A stretch of DNA of 51,620 bases, from NCBI GenBank assembly GCA_039738415.1, contig JBCLLY010000001.1:1-51620 (forward strand). The letters are read 5' to 3'. The notes below the pieces were generated by a model that saw only the letters and a program-made list of their open reading frames with translations, was not told the DNA's origin and ran no database searches. This DNA is from Candidatus Levyibacteriota bacterium. GTDB lineage: Bacteria; Patescibacteriota; Microgenomatia; Levybacterales; GWA1-39-11. Position 1 is the first letter of the stretch, and every line of letters starts with the position of its first letter. Position numbers and translations under genes: made by a program. Shown piece by piece: positions 33,961-43,038 of the stretch.

Positions 33961-35820
33961 CTACTTTTTCTCAAAATACTCAGTTAATATTTCTTTTACT
34001 ATTGGTGCGGCAACTTGAGAACCTTCTCCTCCATGCTCGACGATTATCGTTACGGAAATTTCAGGATTATGATATGGCGCAAATACCGTGAACCAAGCGT
34101 GCGGTTTTCCTCCATCAAATGTTTCAGATGTCCCTGTTTTACACCCGACAGAAATATTTATTGAACTCCCTTTATTCCCTGAAGCACTATTACTGGCATA
34201 CCCTTGCGAAAAATCCAAATCATCAATTTTCAAATTATTATTTCTGACAGTAAAGTTAAAAAACGGATATCCTGTGCCTCCAGTTTGACACGCTTCCAGC
34301 ATTCCCTGCTTTACCAGTTTTAAATTCTCTGGTTTTATAAAGTTTTCCCTTATAACTTTCTTGTTATTAGATACTATGTGCGGTCTATATAATATTCCAC
34401 CGCTGGCAACTACATTTGTCATTGCGTTTGCCTGAAGTGGAGTTACCTGTAAAAACCCCTGCCCTATACTCATATTGTATGTATCTCCCAAATACCAATC
34501 CTCGCTTATAACCCTTGCCTTCCATGATGGTCCGGGGACAATTCCCGCTATCTCTCCGGGGATATCGATTCCAATAATTTTCCCAAATCCGAATTTCCCC
34601 GCCCACTCGGAAAGATTTTTGGCGCCAATTCTCTCAGATGCTACATAAAAGAAAATGTCATTCGAACGCCTCAATGCCCCCACAACATTCAGAGGCTTCT
34701 CAAGCCTTCCGTATTGAAGAAAATTCCACGTGCCAAATGAAATCCCTCCTATAGTTCTTACCCCCGTATCCTCAATTTTTGTATTTGGTTCTATAGCACC
34801 TTCCTCAAGTCCCGCTGTTGCTGTAACCAATTTAAAAGTCGAGCCGGGCGGATAAGCACCGGCAATTGACCTATTTAAAAGTGGCTCTTTTTTATCATTT
34901 AATACTTCTTCAATGCTTTGATATCCTCCATCAGGTTCGTAACTTTTGCCGGCCTGCCCTGAGCTCTTGTCCTGAGCAGAGTCGAAGGATGTTGAACGGG
35001 CCTGCCCTGAGCCTGTCGAACGGGTAAATAAATTTGGATCAAACGAAGGCTTTGACAGCATTGCTAATATTGCACCATCACGTGGATCTGAAACAACTAC
35101 CGCACCGGACTGCACATCCTCCATCGCATTAAAAACAGATTTTTGGATATCTAAATCCAAAGTCGTGGTAATATTTTTCCCGGGAGTTGAAAAATCCTCC
35201 CCAAGCGTTCTTACATAATTCCCCAGAGCATCAACTTCGATAAGCTGTCTTCCATTTTCTCCATGTAAAAGCCTTTCATATTCCTCCTCAATTCCCATTC
35301 TTCCCGTAAAATCAGAGTATCCATAATCACCATACTCGGGACGTAATACTTCATCTTCACTTAATTGCCCTACATATCCAAGTACGTGCGCGAAAATTTC
35401 CTTATATAAATATTCTCTCTGAGGAATACTAAGTACCAAATCCTTATTATTTTCCATTTTTGATAAAGCCTCATCGTGGGACATCCATTCTATCTTCTCG
35501 TCCTTTATAATTCCAAATGTCGGCGTGTTGCGTACCAAAGCCTCTCCATTTCTATCAAAAATTATTCCTCTGGGCGCAGGGATTAATGTGGTTCTTATTC
35601 TATTTTCATTTGAAAGCCTGTCATAATATTCACCGCGAACGACTTGAAGCGTAAAAAGTCGCAATACAAAAATCACAAAAACAACTCCCAAAAACATTAG
35701 AGGAAGTCTTCTCATAATGTCAAAATTATTATCTCCGTCGTTTCTTTGCTGAGAAAAATATTTTTTTGCTAGAAATACATGTTCGGAAAAAGCATATCCG
35801 ATGTCGTTCTTTTTTTTCAT
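33961..35820 (-). CDS. mrdA: penicillin-binding protein 2 (elongation transpeptidase) with an in-frame GC-rich insertion
   Basis: PPGSTFK (SxxK), RSNDIFF (SxN) and KTGTS (KTG) motifs. Insertion GSGQARSTSFDSAQDKSSGQAGKS. Confidence 0.9.
   Translation of the reverse strand: MKKKNDIGYAFSEHVFLAKKYFSQQRNDGDNNFDIMRRLPLMFLGVVFVIFVLRLFTLQVVRGEYYDRLSNENRIRTTLIPAPRGIIFDRNGEALVRNTPTFGIIKDEKIEWMSHDEALSKMENNKDLVLSIPQREYLYKEIFAHVLGYVGQLSEDEVLRPEYGDYGYSDFTGRMGIEEEYERLLHGENGRQLIEVDALGNYVRTLGEDFSTPGKNITTTLDLDIQKSVFNAMEDVQSGAVVVSDPRDGAILAMLSKPSFDPNLFTRSTGSGQARSTSFDSAQDKSSGQAGKSYEPDGGYQSIEEVLNDKKEPLLNRSIAGAYPPGSTFKLVTATAGLEEGAIEPNTKIEDTGVRTIGGISFGTWNFLQYGRLEKPLNVVGALRRSNDIFFYVASERIGAKNLSEWAGKFGFGKIIGIDIPGEIAGIVPGPSWKARVISEDWYLGDTYNMSIGQGFLQVTPLQANAMTNVVASGGILYRPHIVSNNKKVIRENFIKPENLKLVKQGMLEACQTGGTGYPFFNFTVRNNNLKIDDLDFSQGYASNSASGNKGSSINISVGCKTGTSETFDGGKPHAWFTVFAPYHNPEISVTIIVEHGGEGSQVAAPIVKEILTEYFEKK
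34945..35026. repeat. GC-rich element inside mrdA
   Basis: GGCCTGCCCTGAGC occurs twice (34951-34964 and 34999-35012), together with GAGTCGAAGG and TGTCGAACGG blocks shared with the other elements. Confidence 0.65.
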
Positions 35821-36230
35821 AGAAAAGAATATTTGTTAGGTATAAGTCTGTAAATAATCCATGCGGATAGTAACAGCACAAACCATCCAAATAATGCCGT
35901 TGCGGAGTATCCAAATATGATAGCATAAAATACTATTCCAATTATTCCAATTAAAATATAGACAAGTGTGTCTTTTGAACCTAAATATTTTGCGTAAAGA
36001 TAAATTGCCAAAATTAATATACAAACTAAAATTAAAGTTACACCAATTGGATTGAGTATTGCCGCATCACCCGCAATTGATAAAACTGCCGCTGGAATTA
36101 AATATCTCAATCTTTCATTAATAGAAAAAATTATGTAAGTAAAGAGAAAAACTAAAGGGATTGAAATTAATAACTGCTCTATAAAAATTGATAAAAACAA
36201 AAGTACCAGTAAAAAAATTCTTAATTTCAT
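35817..36230 (-). CDS. mreD: MreD-like membrane protein
   Basis: 137 aa, all hydrophobic segments, located between mreC and mrdA. Confidence 0.55.
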   Translation of the reverse strand: MKLRIFLLVLLFLSIFIEQLLISIPLVFLFTYIIFSINERLRYLIPAAVLSIAGDAAILNPIGVTLILVCILILAIYLYAKYLGSKDTLVYILIGIIGIVFYAIIFGYSATALFGWFVLLLSAWIIYRLIPNKYSFL

Positions 36231-36998
36231 TTAGTTAAGTCCTACGATTACAAAGACTGTTGATATCTGAGAGTAATCTATGAGAGGTGTCACTTGAGCG
36301 GCTTGAAAAGAGGCAGTTTCCTCGCGGTCTACTGAGTCAATTTTTCCAACATTTAAATCGCTAGGCACTCCTATACCAGCATTATCTAATTCACCCATAG
36401 TGACAATTATCCCATCCCTTTCTAACGTATCGGTGATAAGTACATTTTCCATAATTAGATATGAATTGTATCCCCTAATAATTCCCCTAGCGGATGTTTT
36501 GGGATATTTCACGATGGTTGAAAAGTCAGGATGTAAAATTGTGTGTACTTCTGATATGTTTTGGGATGTTTTGAATATAGTCCCAACCAAAGTACTTCCA
36601 ACTACAACTGCCGTACCGGTACGAACTCCTTGTTCTTTTCCAGCATCAATCAAAAAGGCTTCATAAACCCCCCGCCCCTTGTATCCTATGATATTTGCCG
36701 GTAAAAGCTTATATACTCCATGACTGTTTTCCTCAAATTGACTACGCAACGCGATATTTTCACGCTCAATTAGTTCAATTCCCGAAAGTTTTTCCTTCAG
36801 TTTTCTATTCTCCTCTAAAAGGCTTGTTTCCTCGTCAGTCTTTGAAGAATAAATAATTGCTCGGGTAGTAGAAATTGTGTTTTGAAAAAAAGAAGCAATT
36901 GAGTTAACAACAAAAGATTGTCTGAATAGGTAAAGAGTAAGGCCTAAAGAAAGGAAGATTGAAAGAACAATTAACTGCTTCTTGCGCATAGAGTTCAT
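36231..36998 (-). CDS. mreC: rod-shape protein MreC
   Basis: N-terminal TM, coiled-coil stretch (EENRKLKEKLSGIELIERENIALRSQ), then a beta-rich domain. Operon position supports the call. Confidence 0.75.
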   Translation of the reverse strand: MNSMRKKQLIVLSIFLSLGLTLYLFRQSFVVNSIASFFQNTISTTRAIIYSSKTDEETSLLEENRKLKEKLSGIELIERENIALRSQFEENSHGVYKLLPANIIGYKGRGVYEAFLIDAGKEQGVRTGTAVVVGSTLVGTIFKTSQNISEVHTILHPDFSTIVKYPKTSARGIIRGYNSYLIMENVLITDTLERDGIIVTMGELDNAGIGVPSDLNVGKIDSVDREETASFQAAQVTPLIDYSQISTVFVIVGLN

Positions 36999-37074
36999 TT
37001 TAACCCCATGCCATTTTTTTTACAAATTTTATTTTTTAATTATAAGTTTTGGGTTTTAAGTTTTAAGTTTTTTA

Positions 37075-37830
37075 TTACGCTGGTTTCGCAAACACCAGAA
37101 GTCTTTTCCATGCAGTCCCCGGAGGATAGCAGGTCTGTAAAATAAGTTCTTCACCCTGCCCTCTTGTACTAGTTATAAATTCTACCTGGTTGGGGTCCAC
37201 CACTTCTTGTTTTTCTACGATATATTTGTAGCGCGTTCCCTGAAAAAAAATATTTATCTCATCACCGGGAACTAATTTACTGATTAAGTAAAAAACCGCA
37301 TTATAGCGCCCCACATTCCAAAAATTGTCAGCGCTATGCGCGAATAAATAAATAGTTCCACCTAGTCCCGGAAATGATGTTCCTTTTGCGTGAGCTACAC
37401 CTTCTACTAAAGCACGCAAATACTCGTCTTTATTACTAGGGTCTACATTTGTTATAACATTTGAATTTGCCCCAATTCTTGGTATTACTATAGAAAACTC
37501 CGCATTTTTTGGCAAGATTATTTGCTTCCGTTCTCCGCTTACTATTGCCCCAAATACATTTTCACTGCCTCCAGGATTTCGCCCCAATTTCTCCAAAAGC
37601 TGACCAAATTCGCTCAGCTCATTTGCAGGAATATCCTCTCTCAGGATAAATTCTACTCCAAAAGCCTGTCCTACGCGGTATTCCACTTCGTAATAAACTG
37701 CCGGACCAAATGTCAAAATAAGTCCTGAAAGCATAAATAAAATCAGAAAGTTTGAAATAGTTCTAATGACTAGAAATTTTATAATTTCGTGACGTCTGGC
37801 GTGATGTGTAATGGGTGGCGGCTTTGCCAT
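37075..37830 (-). CDS. sortase-family transpeptidase
   Basis: N-terminal TM, YLFAHS (His), TLQTCYPPG (TLxTC Cys) and WKRLLVFA (Arg). Confidence 0.8.
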   Translation of the reverse strand: MAKPPPITHHARRHEIIKFLVIRTISNFLILFMLSGLILTFGPAVYYEVEYRVGQAFGVEFILREDIPANELSEFGQLLEKLGRNPGGSENVFGAIVSGERKQIILPKNAEFSIVIPRIGANSNVITNVDPSNKDEYLRALVEGVAHAKGTSFPGLGGTIYLFAHSADNFWNVGRYNAVFYLISKLVPGDEINIFFQGTRYKYIVEKQEVVDPNQVEFITSTRGQGEELILQTCYPPGTAWKRLLVFAKPA

Positions 37831-37918
37831 AATGCTTTTTTGTATACAAAAAAGAAACTCTAATTTTTAAATTTTAAACTCTAAATTCTAATTTCCAAAA
37901 ACCCTAAACTTTAGACTT

Positions 37919-38368
37919 TTAGAATTTTGATTCGTCTTCCTCCTCAGTCAGAATGAAAAACGGTTTTTTATCGGCTATCCATTTTAAAATCGCGTTTCGT
38001 AATGCAGGAGGAGCAAATTTTTCCTCCGTTAGGTCAAACGGTGAAAACCATAAAAATGTCAAATGATCCTCTTTGGAAGTGCCTATGTGACCATTAAGTT
38101 CAGTCAGGAATACGAAATTTAATTCGTGATTTAAAGACCCTCTCTGTAAAAAAATATTCTCAACCGTCCCAATAAACATACTTTTTTTGACTCTTAAGCC
38201 AGTCTCTTCCATAAATTCACGGTTGAGTGCTTTGCGCATATTCTCGCCGAATTCCACATGCCCGCCGGGTAGAAAAAAATAATCTCTATTTTCTGTTTTG
38301 CATACTAAAATTCTACCATCCTTTATAACTAATCCCCGGACGATAATTTCAAAGTCTTTGTGCTTCAT
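37919..38368 (-). CDS. NUDIX hydrolase
   Basis: Nudix box GGHVEFGENMRKALNREFMEETGL. Confidence 0.88.
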   Translation of the reverse strand: MKHKDFEIIVRGLVIKDGRILVCKTENRDYFFLPGGHVEFGENMRKALNREFMEETGLRVKKSMFIGTVENIFLQRGSLNHELNFVFLTELNGHIGTSKEDHLTFLWFSPFDLTEEKFAPPALRNAILKWIADKKPFFILTEEEDESKF

Positions 38369-38446
38369 AAATTTAAGTAGTTATATTATACATAAACCTC
38401 AAGTGTCTTGACACAATGACCTATTTTGCTACATAATGATTTAAAT

Positions 38447-38992
38447 ATGTCAGAAAGTGGAGAAGGAGAAGTAATAATTGGAGAAACTCATTTTTCGCCT
38501 GAGGAGACCGCTAGCCAAGAAACCAATACTAATCAAAGACCCCCTACTAAATCAAGGTTTGGAAGAATGGGTGACTGGATGAGAAAAGGATATGATTTTC
38601 TTGATGCGCCAACAAAGGTCGAAACTGTACCCGTAGAGGAAATTGATGAACGAAAGGTTGCTGAAATAATAAGAAACTATAGATTGGAAGTTGGTAGATT
38701 TAATAAATATGACCCTAAATTTGCCGCAATGCGCTTTTCTACTGCTGATATTCTTAACCAAATGGGATATAAGCCAAACTGGGAAGTAGGAAAAACTGAT
38801 TGGAGGAGTAAATATCCTGTAGAATATGACGCAGTAAGAAGAGGTATTGATGATTTAGTTCGCGAAGGAGCACTAGATAGAGCTCCTACTCAAGAAGGTC
38901 ACCCAGACAATGAACAAGCTTGGTATCAAATAGCAAATGAAAGTACAATAAGAGAACTCTCTCTACCTCAACCTCAGCAAGTAGAACAATAA
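38447..38992 (+). CDS. hypothetical protein
   Basis: ORF of about 181 aa from the ATG at 38447 (the track uses the TTG at 38426). No recognised domain. Confidence 0.6.
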   Translation: MSESGEGEVIIGETHFSPEETASQETNTNQRPPTKSRFGRMGDWMRKGYDFLDAPTKVETVPVEEIDERKVAEIIRNYRLEVGRFNKYDPKFAAMRFSTADILNQMGYKPNWEVGKTDWRSKYPVEYDAVRRGIDDLVREGALDRAPTQEGHPDNEQAWYQIANESTIRELSLPQPQQVEQ

Positions 38993-38995
38993 TTT

Positions 38996-39529
38996 TTATT
39001 TCTTCAAAAGATATAGCAAGAAGACGATTACCAGTAAAAATGCCGTAAGCGACATCACTGGAATTGTGATATATCCAAACTGCGCAAGTTGAATAGCGCT
39101 GCACTTTGCAACCTCTTCACTACACTCAAGTAAATTTGGAAAAAGCTGTATAACATAGTGATAAACAGCGATACCCGCACCAATTAGAGATAGGGGTAAA
39201 ACATATTTGACTACTCCTTTGTCATTTTTAATAAGTGCTATAAAGAGAATAATTGCAGATGGGTACATAAAAATTCTCTGCCACCAGCAAAGCTTACATG
39301 GTGGAAATCCTACTATTTCTGAAAGAAATAAACTTCCCAGAGCTGCGGCGGATGCTGCTAAAAATGCAAAATTCAGCGCGTTTTCTTTGAAAAAGGAATA
39401 TAGCCTACCTGCCCTCCCGTTCTTTTTTTTTGGTAACACCAGAAGTACTACTAAAAAAACTATTAAAAATTGCGTAAAAAGAGTTAGATAACCTAATACA
39501 GAGACTGTGGGTTGTATTAGTTCATTCAT
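38996..39529 (-). CDS. DsbB/BdbC-like disulfide oxidoreductase
   Basis: Four TM segments; FPPCKLCWWQRIFMYP (the CxxC of the BdbC type). Confidence 0.8.
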   Translation of the reverse strand: MNELIQPTVSVLGYLTLFTQFLIVFLVVLLVLPKKKNGRAGRLYSFFKENALNFAFLAASAAALGSLFLSEIVGFPPCKLCWWQRIFMYPSAIILFIALIKNDKGVVKYVLPLSLIGAGIAVYHYVIQLFPNLLECSEEVAKCSAIQLAQFGYITIPVMSLTAFLLVIVFLLYLLKK

Positions 39530-40359
39530 AAATTAATCTGTGGTGACAACGAGTCTTGCGCCGACGGCGTTGAAACTACATCATCTCCTATTGTATTTCC
39601 TCCGCCAATTTGAGCAAGCGCTGAGTCAATTGCCGTCTGAAAGCCTGAAATGTCTGCAGGATTTGCTATCTTTACCCCATTAATAAAAAATGTTGGTGTT
39701 GAATTTACTCCCGCACTAATCCCTTCGGTTCTTTGTGCTTCGATCTTTGCGGTTAAAGATTCATCCTTCATGTCTTTTTTGAATTTAGCCTCATCCAAGC
39801 CTAATTCCTGCGCATATTCTAGAAAAACATCTTCCGGATTGGCAAGTTTTGACCATGCCTCTTGCCGTGCGTAGAGTAAATCTAACATTTCAAAAAACTT
39901 ACCCTGAACACCAGCTGACTCAGCAGCCATTGCGCTAACCACTCCGTTAGGATGAATTGAGCTAATAGGGAAATGCTTGAAATTAATCGCAAGAGTTTCA
40001 GGATATAAGCCTAAGAGAGTATTTACGATAGGATTATACTGCTTGCAGGCAGGACATTGAACGTCGGCAAATTCTACCAATGTCACAGGACGCTCTTTGA
40101 TTGGAGTAGTTGATTCCGGCGCAATTCTGAACTCACCCGAGTCAGAAAGCACCACAGGCGCACTACTGTTTGGAGTAGCTAAATTAGGATTATTATTACG
40201 TAAAAACACTACTAAAAATAAAAACGCTCCTAGAAAAACAGTTGATATAATTCCTATGGTAATCCACTTAGTCATTGAGGCTTTTTTTTCTAAGTTTATG
40301 CGTCTTGCTTCTTCGATCTTACGCATTTCTTTTAGTTCTTTCTTACTCATTTCAGACAT
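39526..40359 (-). CDS. DsbA-like thioredoxin-fold thiol:disulfide oxidoreductase (membrane-anchored)
   Basis: CPACKQ active site and an N-terminal TM. I moved the start to 40359, because the track start overlaps a repeat element. Confidence 0.8.
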   Translation of the reverse strand: MSEMSKKELKEMRKIEEARRINLEKKASMTKWITIGIISTVFLGAFLFLVVFLRNNNPNLATPNSSAPVVLSDSGEFRIAPESTTPIKERPVTLVEFADVQCPACKQYNPIVNTLLGLYPETLAINFKHFPISSIHPNGVVSAMAAESAGVQGKFFEMLDLLYARQEAWSKLANPEDVFLEYAQELGLDEAKFKKDMKDESLTAKIEAQRTEGISAGVNSTPTFFINGVKIANPADISGFQTAIDSALAQIGGGNTIGDDVVSTPSAQDSLSPQINL

Positions 40360-40427
40360 ACCGTATATGATAATTGAGATTTGAAAATAAGTCAACGCTT
40401 CAAACGCGAAACATAATAAATCAACGA

Positions 40428-40559
40428 TTGAAGCTCCCACGACCTTACGGTCGGGGAATCAGCAAAACGCTTCGTCGAGCGCAAATCCGCCGAAGCGGAA
40501 AATCACTCTGCATCCCACCTGACTTACATCCAGGGAATTTTGCGAAGGCGGATTCAAAC
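40428..40559. repeat. hairpin-module repeat, long version (the short version is 45244-45295)
   Basis: TTGAAGCTCCCACGACCTTACGGTCGGGGAAT ... TTGCGAAGGCGGATTCAAAC, with an 80-nt extra block (40460-40539) bounded by GGGAAT on both sides. Confidence 0.8.
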
Positions 40560-40600
40560 GTTTCAACAGCGTTTAAATTGCAGAGCAATTTATTACGCTG

Positions 40601-40673
40601 CGCCAGTGAGAGGAGTCGGACCTCCAACCTTTCCCTTAGGACGGGACTGCTCTATCCATTGAGCTACACCGGC
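40601..40673 (-). tRNA. tRNA-Arg (anticodon CCU) with a non-canonical T-loop
   Basis: GCCGGTG-TA-GCTC-AATGGATA-GAGC-A-GTCCC-GTCCTAA-GGGAA-AGGTT-GGAGG-TCCGACT-CCTCT-CACTGGC-G. The cloverleaf is good except for C55, G32 and a 27:43 mismatch. Confidence 0.8.
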
Positions 40674-40754
40674 ATATACACTTTTCTTAAATTATAACTA
40701 AGCTAAAAATGGCAAGCAAGTTCAATTCAGCTAAAAACTTGTCTGTACAAATCC

Positions 40755-40785
40755 GCCAGCTCCGATTGAATCGGAGCCAGCTGGC
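40755..40785. repeat. long hairpin GCCAGCTCCGATTGAATCGGAGCCAGCTGGC (inverted copy at 50165-50193)
   Basis: The second copy equals the reverse complement with one mismatch over the 29 nt compared. This one sits just downstream of the hydrolase stop codon. Confidence 0.85.
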
Positions 40786-40808
40786 AGACTAGGAGGATTT
40801 TAACACAA

Positions 40809-41645
40809 CTACAAGATTTTGAGGTCTTTTGAAAAATCCTTAATCAAATCCGCTACCTCTTTCGGTTTTTCGAGACTTACCACATGCCCCGCCTCCTCCA
40901 CCCAGCGTACTTTTACGTTATTATTTGTTTTTCCAATTCTTACTGCTTCGGACAAATTCATGACTTTATCATAGCGACCTAAAATTATAAGCATTGGATT
41001 TTTTATTTCATTTAAGGTTTTTTCCAAATGATAATTATACATCGCCTTTCCCATTTGAAACAATGCTCTCGCATCTATACTCCTTCTTCCACGCATCCCA
41101 TGCATATTTATCAAATCCCTATCGTAGTTATGCATATTTATGTATTTGGCAGTAAGGTGCCCATACCACCCGGAAGACATAATTTTATGCCCTGATTTCA
41201 TAAGAATAATGTTTTTATTCATAAACTTTATCCAATCACGGTAAAGCTTTGAAAATTTCCAGTCATATTTAATAATAGGTGGACCAATTAACACCACAGA
41301 ATTTATGCGATTACTATGCTTTTTCGCAAAATCCGCAGCAATTACTGTCCCCATAGATAAGGCGCACAAAATATCTATTTTTTCCCCGTTTTTCTTTTCG
41401 ATAAACTCCGCCACCACATCAGAAAGCTTTTCTACTGAATACTCTTCCTTTAAAGTATCCGACTTGCCATATCCTGGTAAGTCAATTGCAATTACATGAA
41501 ATTTATCTTTTACATTTTCTATCAAAGGAACAAATCCGCTCCAGTCATTATTCCACCCGTGAATAAGTAATAAAGTCGGACCCTGCCCAAATTCTTTGTA
41601 GTGAATTTTCAAGCCGTTATCTAGCGCAATAAATTCGTTCTCCAT
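40809..41645 (-). CDS. alpha/beta-fold hydrolase
   Basis: HGWNNDWSGF and a nucleophile elbow ALSMGT; 278 aa. Confidence 0.8.
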   Translation of the reverse strand: MENEFIALDNGLKIHYKEFGQGPTLLLIHGWNNDWSGFVPLIENVKDKFHVIAIDLPGYGKSDTLKEEYSVEKLSDVVAEFIEKKNGEKIDILCALSMGTVIAADFAKKHSNRINSVVLIGPPIIKYDWKFSKLYRDWIKFMNKNIILMKSGHKIMSSGWYGHLTAKYINMHNYDRDLINMHGMRGRRSIDARALFQMGKAMYNYHLEKTLNEIKNPMLIILGRYDKVMNLSEAVRIGKTNNNVKVRWVEEAGHVVSLEKPKEVADLIKDFSKDLKIL

Positions 41646-41712
41646 AATTACCTCCTTAATATTTTATGGACAACAAGGACTATTAACAAGTATTTGATGT
41701 TAAAATGCATAC

Positions 41713-42381
41713 ATGGAGGGAATTTTTGCAGTGAATAAACCTGTGGGAATTACGTCACATGATGTAATTTACAGCTTGCGCAGAAAAACCGGTATAAGAA
41801 GAATTGGTCACGCAGGAACTTTAGACCCACTCGCTTCCGGCGTACTGGTGGTTGCTATCGGGCGGGAATTTACGAAGCAACTTGACTCAATAGTTAAAAG
41901 TGAAAAGGAGTATATCGCGGAGATTTTCTTGGGCGCAAATTCTACAACTGATGATATGGAGGGCGTCCTTCGTCCCGCTTCGCCAAAGCTACAGCGAGGC
42001 GAGCAAACTCAGGATAAAAATGTACCAAATCCAACTTTAAAAGAAGTTCGAACGGCACTCAACCAATTTATCGGTAAAATCATGCAAACTCCCCCTGCCT
42101 ATAGCGCAATAAAGGTAAAAGGACAGGTTGCCTACAAAGCCGCACGTCAAGGACGGTCCTTGCCATTGGTTCCCCGCGAGGTTGAGGTAAAGGAAATTGA
42201 AATACTTGAATATAAATATCCTATTGTAAAACTAAAAATAACTTGCGGTAAAGGTGTTTATATACGCAGTATCGCACGCGATTTAGGTGAAAAACTAAAA
42301 ACCGGAGGCTATCTAAAAAGCCTAGTTAGAACCAGAGTTGGGGAATATACTATCGAAGAAGCGGTGCTTCTCAATGACTAA
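41713..42381 (+). CDS. truB: tRNA pseudouridine-55 synthase TruB (short form) with a GC-rich in-frame insertion
   Basis: GHAGTLDPLASGVL and QTPPAYSAIKV motifs. Inserted LRPASPKLQRGEQTQDK. Confidence 0.9.
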   Translation: MEGIFAVNKPVGITSHDVIYSLRRKTGIRRIGHAGTLDPLASGVLVVAIGREFTKQLDSIVKSEKEYIAEIFLGANSTTDDMEGVLRPASPKLQRGEQTQDKNVPNPTLKEVRTALNQFIGKIMQTPPAYSAIKVKGQVAYKAARQGRSLPLVPREVEVKEIEILEYKYPIVKLKITCGKGVYIRSIARDLGEKLKTGGYLKSLVRTRVGEYTIEEAVLLND

Positions 42382-42384
42382 AAA

Positions 42385-42975
42385 TTATTTATTAATTTCT
42401 TCACCTAAAAAATCTTGAATGTTTCTATATTGATGAATTTCCTCCGCAGTAAACCATAATCCTGCCTCAACTTTTGCCTCATCAACAGAACCCGACGCAT
42501 GTACTATATTCATAACACCACGCCTTTCGACGTTCGCGTATGCTGCTGAATCAGTTGAAAAATCACCACGGATTGTTCCACCAACCGCCGAAACAGGCAT
42601 AGTTGGTCCTACTAAAGAAATTACATTCTCAACTGCGTGTCGACCTTCCCACACCATTGGAACTACGGGACCGCTTTTCATGTATTTTAATAACCATCCC
42701 ATTACTAATTTACCTAATTCGAGCTTATCTTTAGTTCCAAAATCTTTCTGCGCATCCATTCCATATTTTTCGTATGTAGAAAGAGTTTTTCCTCCAAGCG
42801 TCATTAGATATTGCTCATCTGTACTTTTATAATGTTTTTTAAGCAGCTCCTCGGGAGCTGAAACCATTTTTATAGCAACAAGTTTTAACCCTGCATTTTC
42901 AAATCTCTTTATAACTTCCCCGACCAAGCCACGCTTTACTCCCTCCGGCTTTACCATAATAAATGTTTTCTCCAT
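42385..42975 (-). CDS. ndk: nucleoside-diphosphate kinase (long form)
   Basis: FIMVKPEGVKRGLVGEVIKRFENAGLKLVAIKMV and NIVHASGS motifs. I moved the start to 42975. Confidence 0.88.
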   Translation of the reverse strand: MEKTFIMVKPEGVKRGLVGEVIKRFENAGLKLVAIKMVSAPEELLKKHYKSTDEQYLMTLGGKTLSTYEKYGMDAQKDFGTKDKLELGKLVMGWLLKYMKSGPVVPMVWEGRHAVENVISLVGPTMPVSAVGGTIRGDFSTDSAAYANVERRGVMNIVHASGSVDEAKVEAGLWFTAEEIHQYRNIQDFLGEEINK

Positions 42976-43038
42976 AACCCATATCATACAAAGCATTAAG
43001 ATAAAAATCAACACGAAATAATTTGCTATAATCTAATT

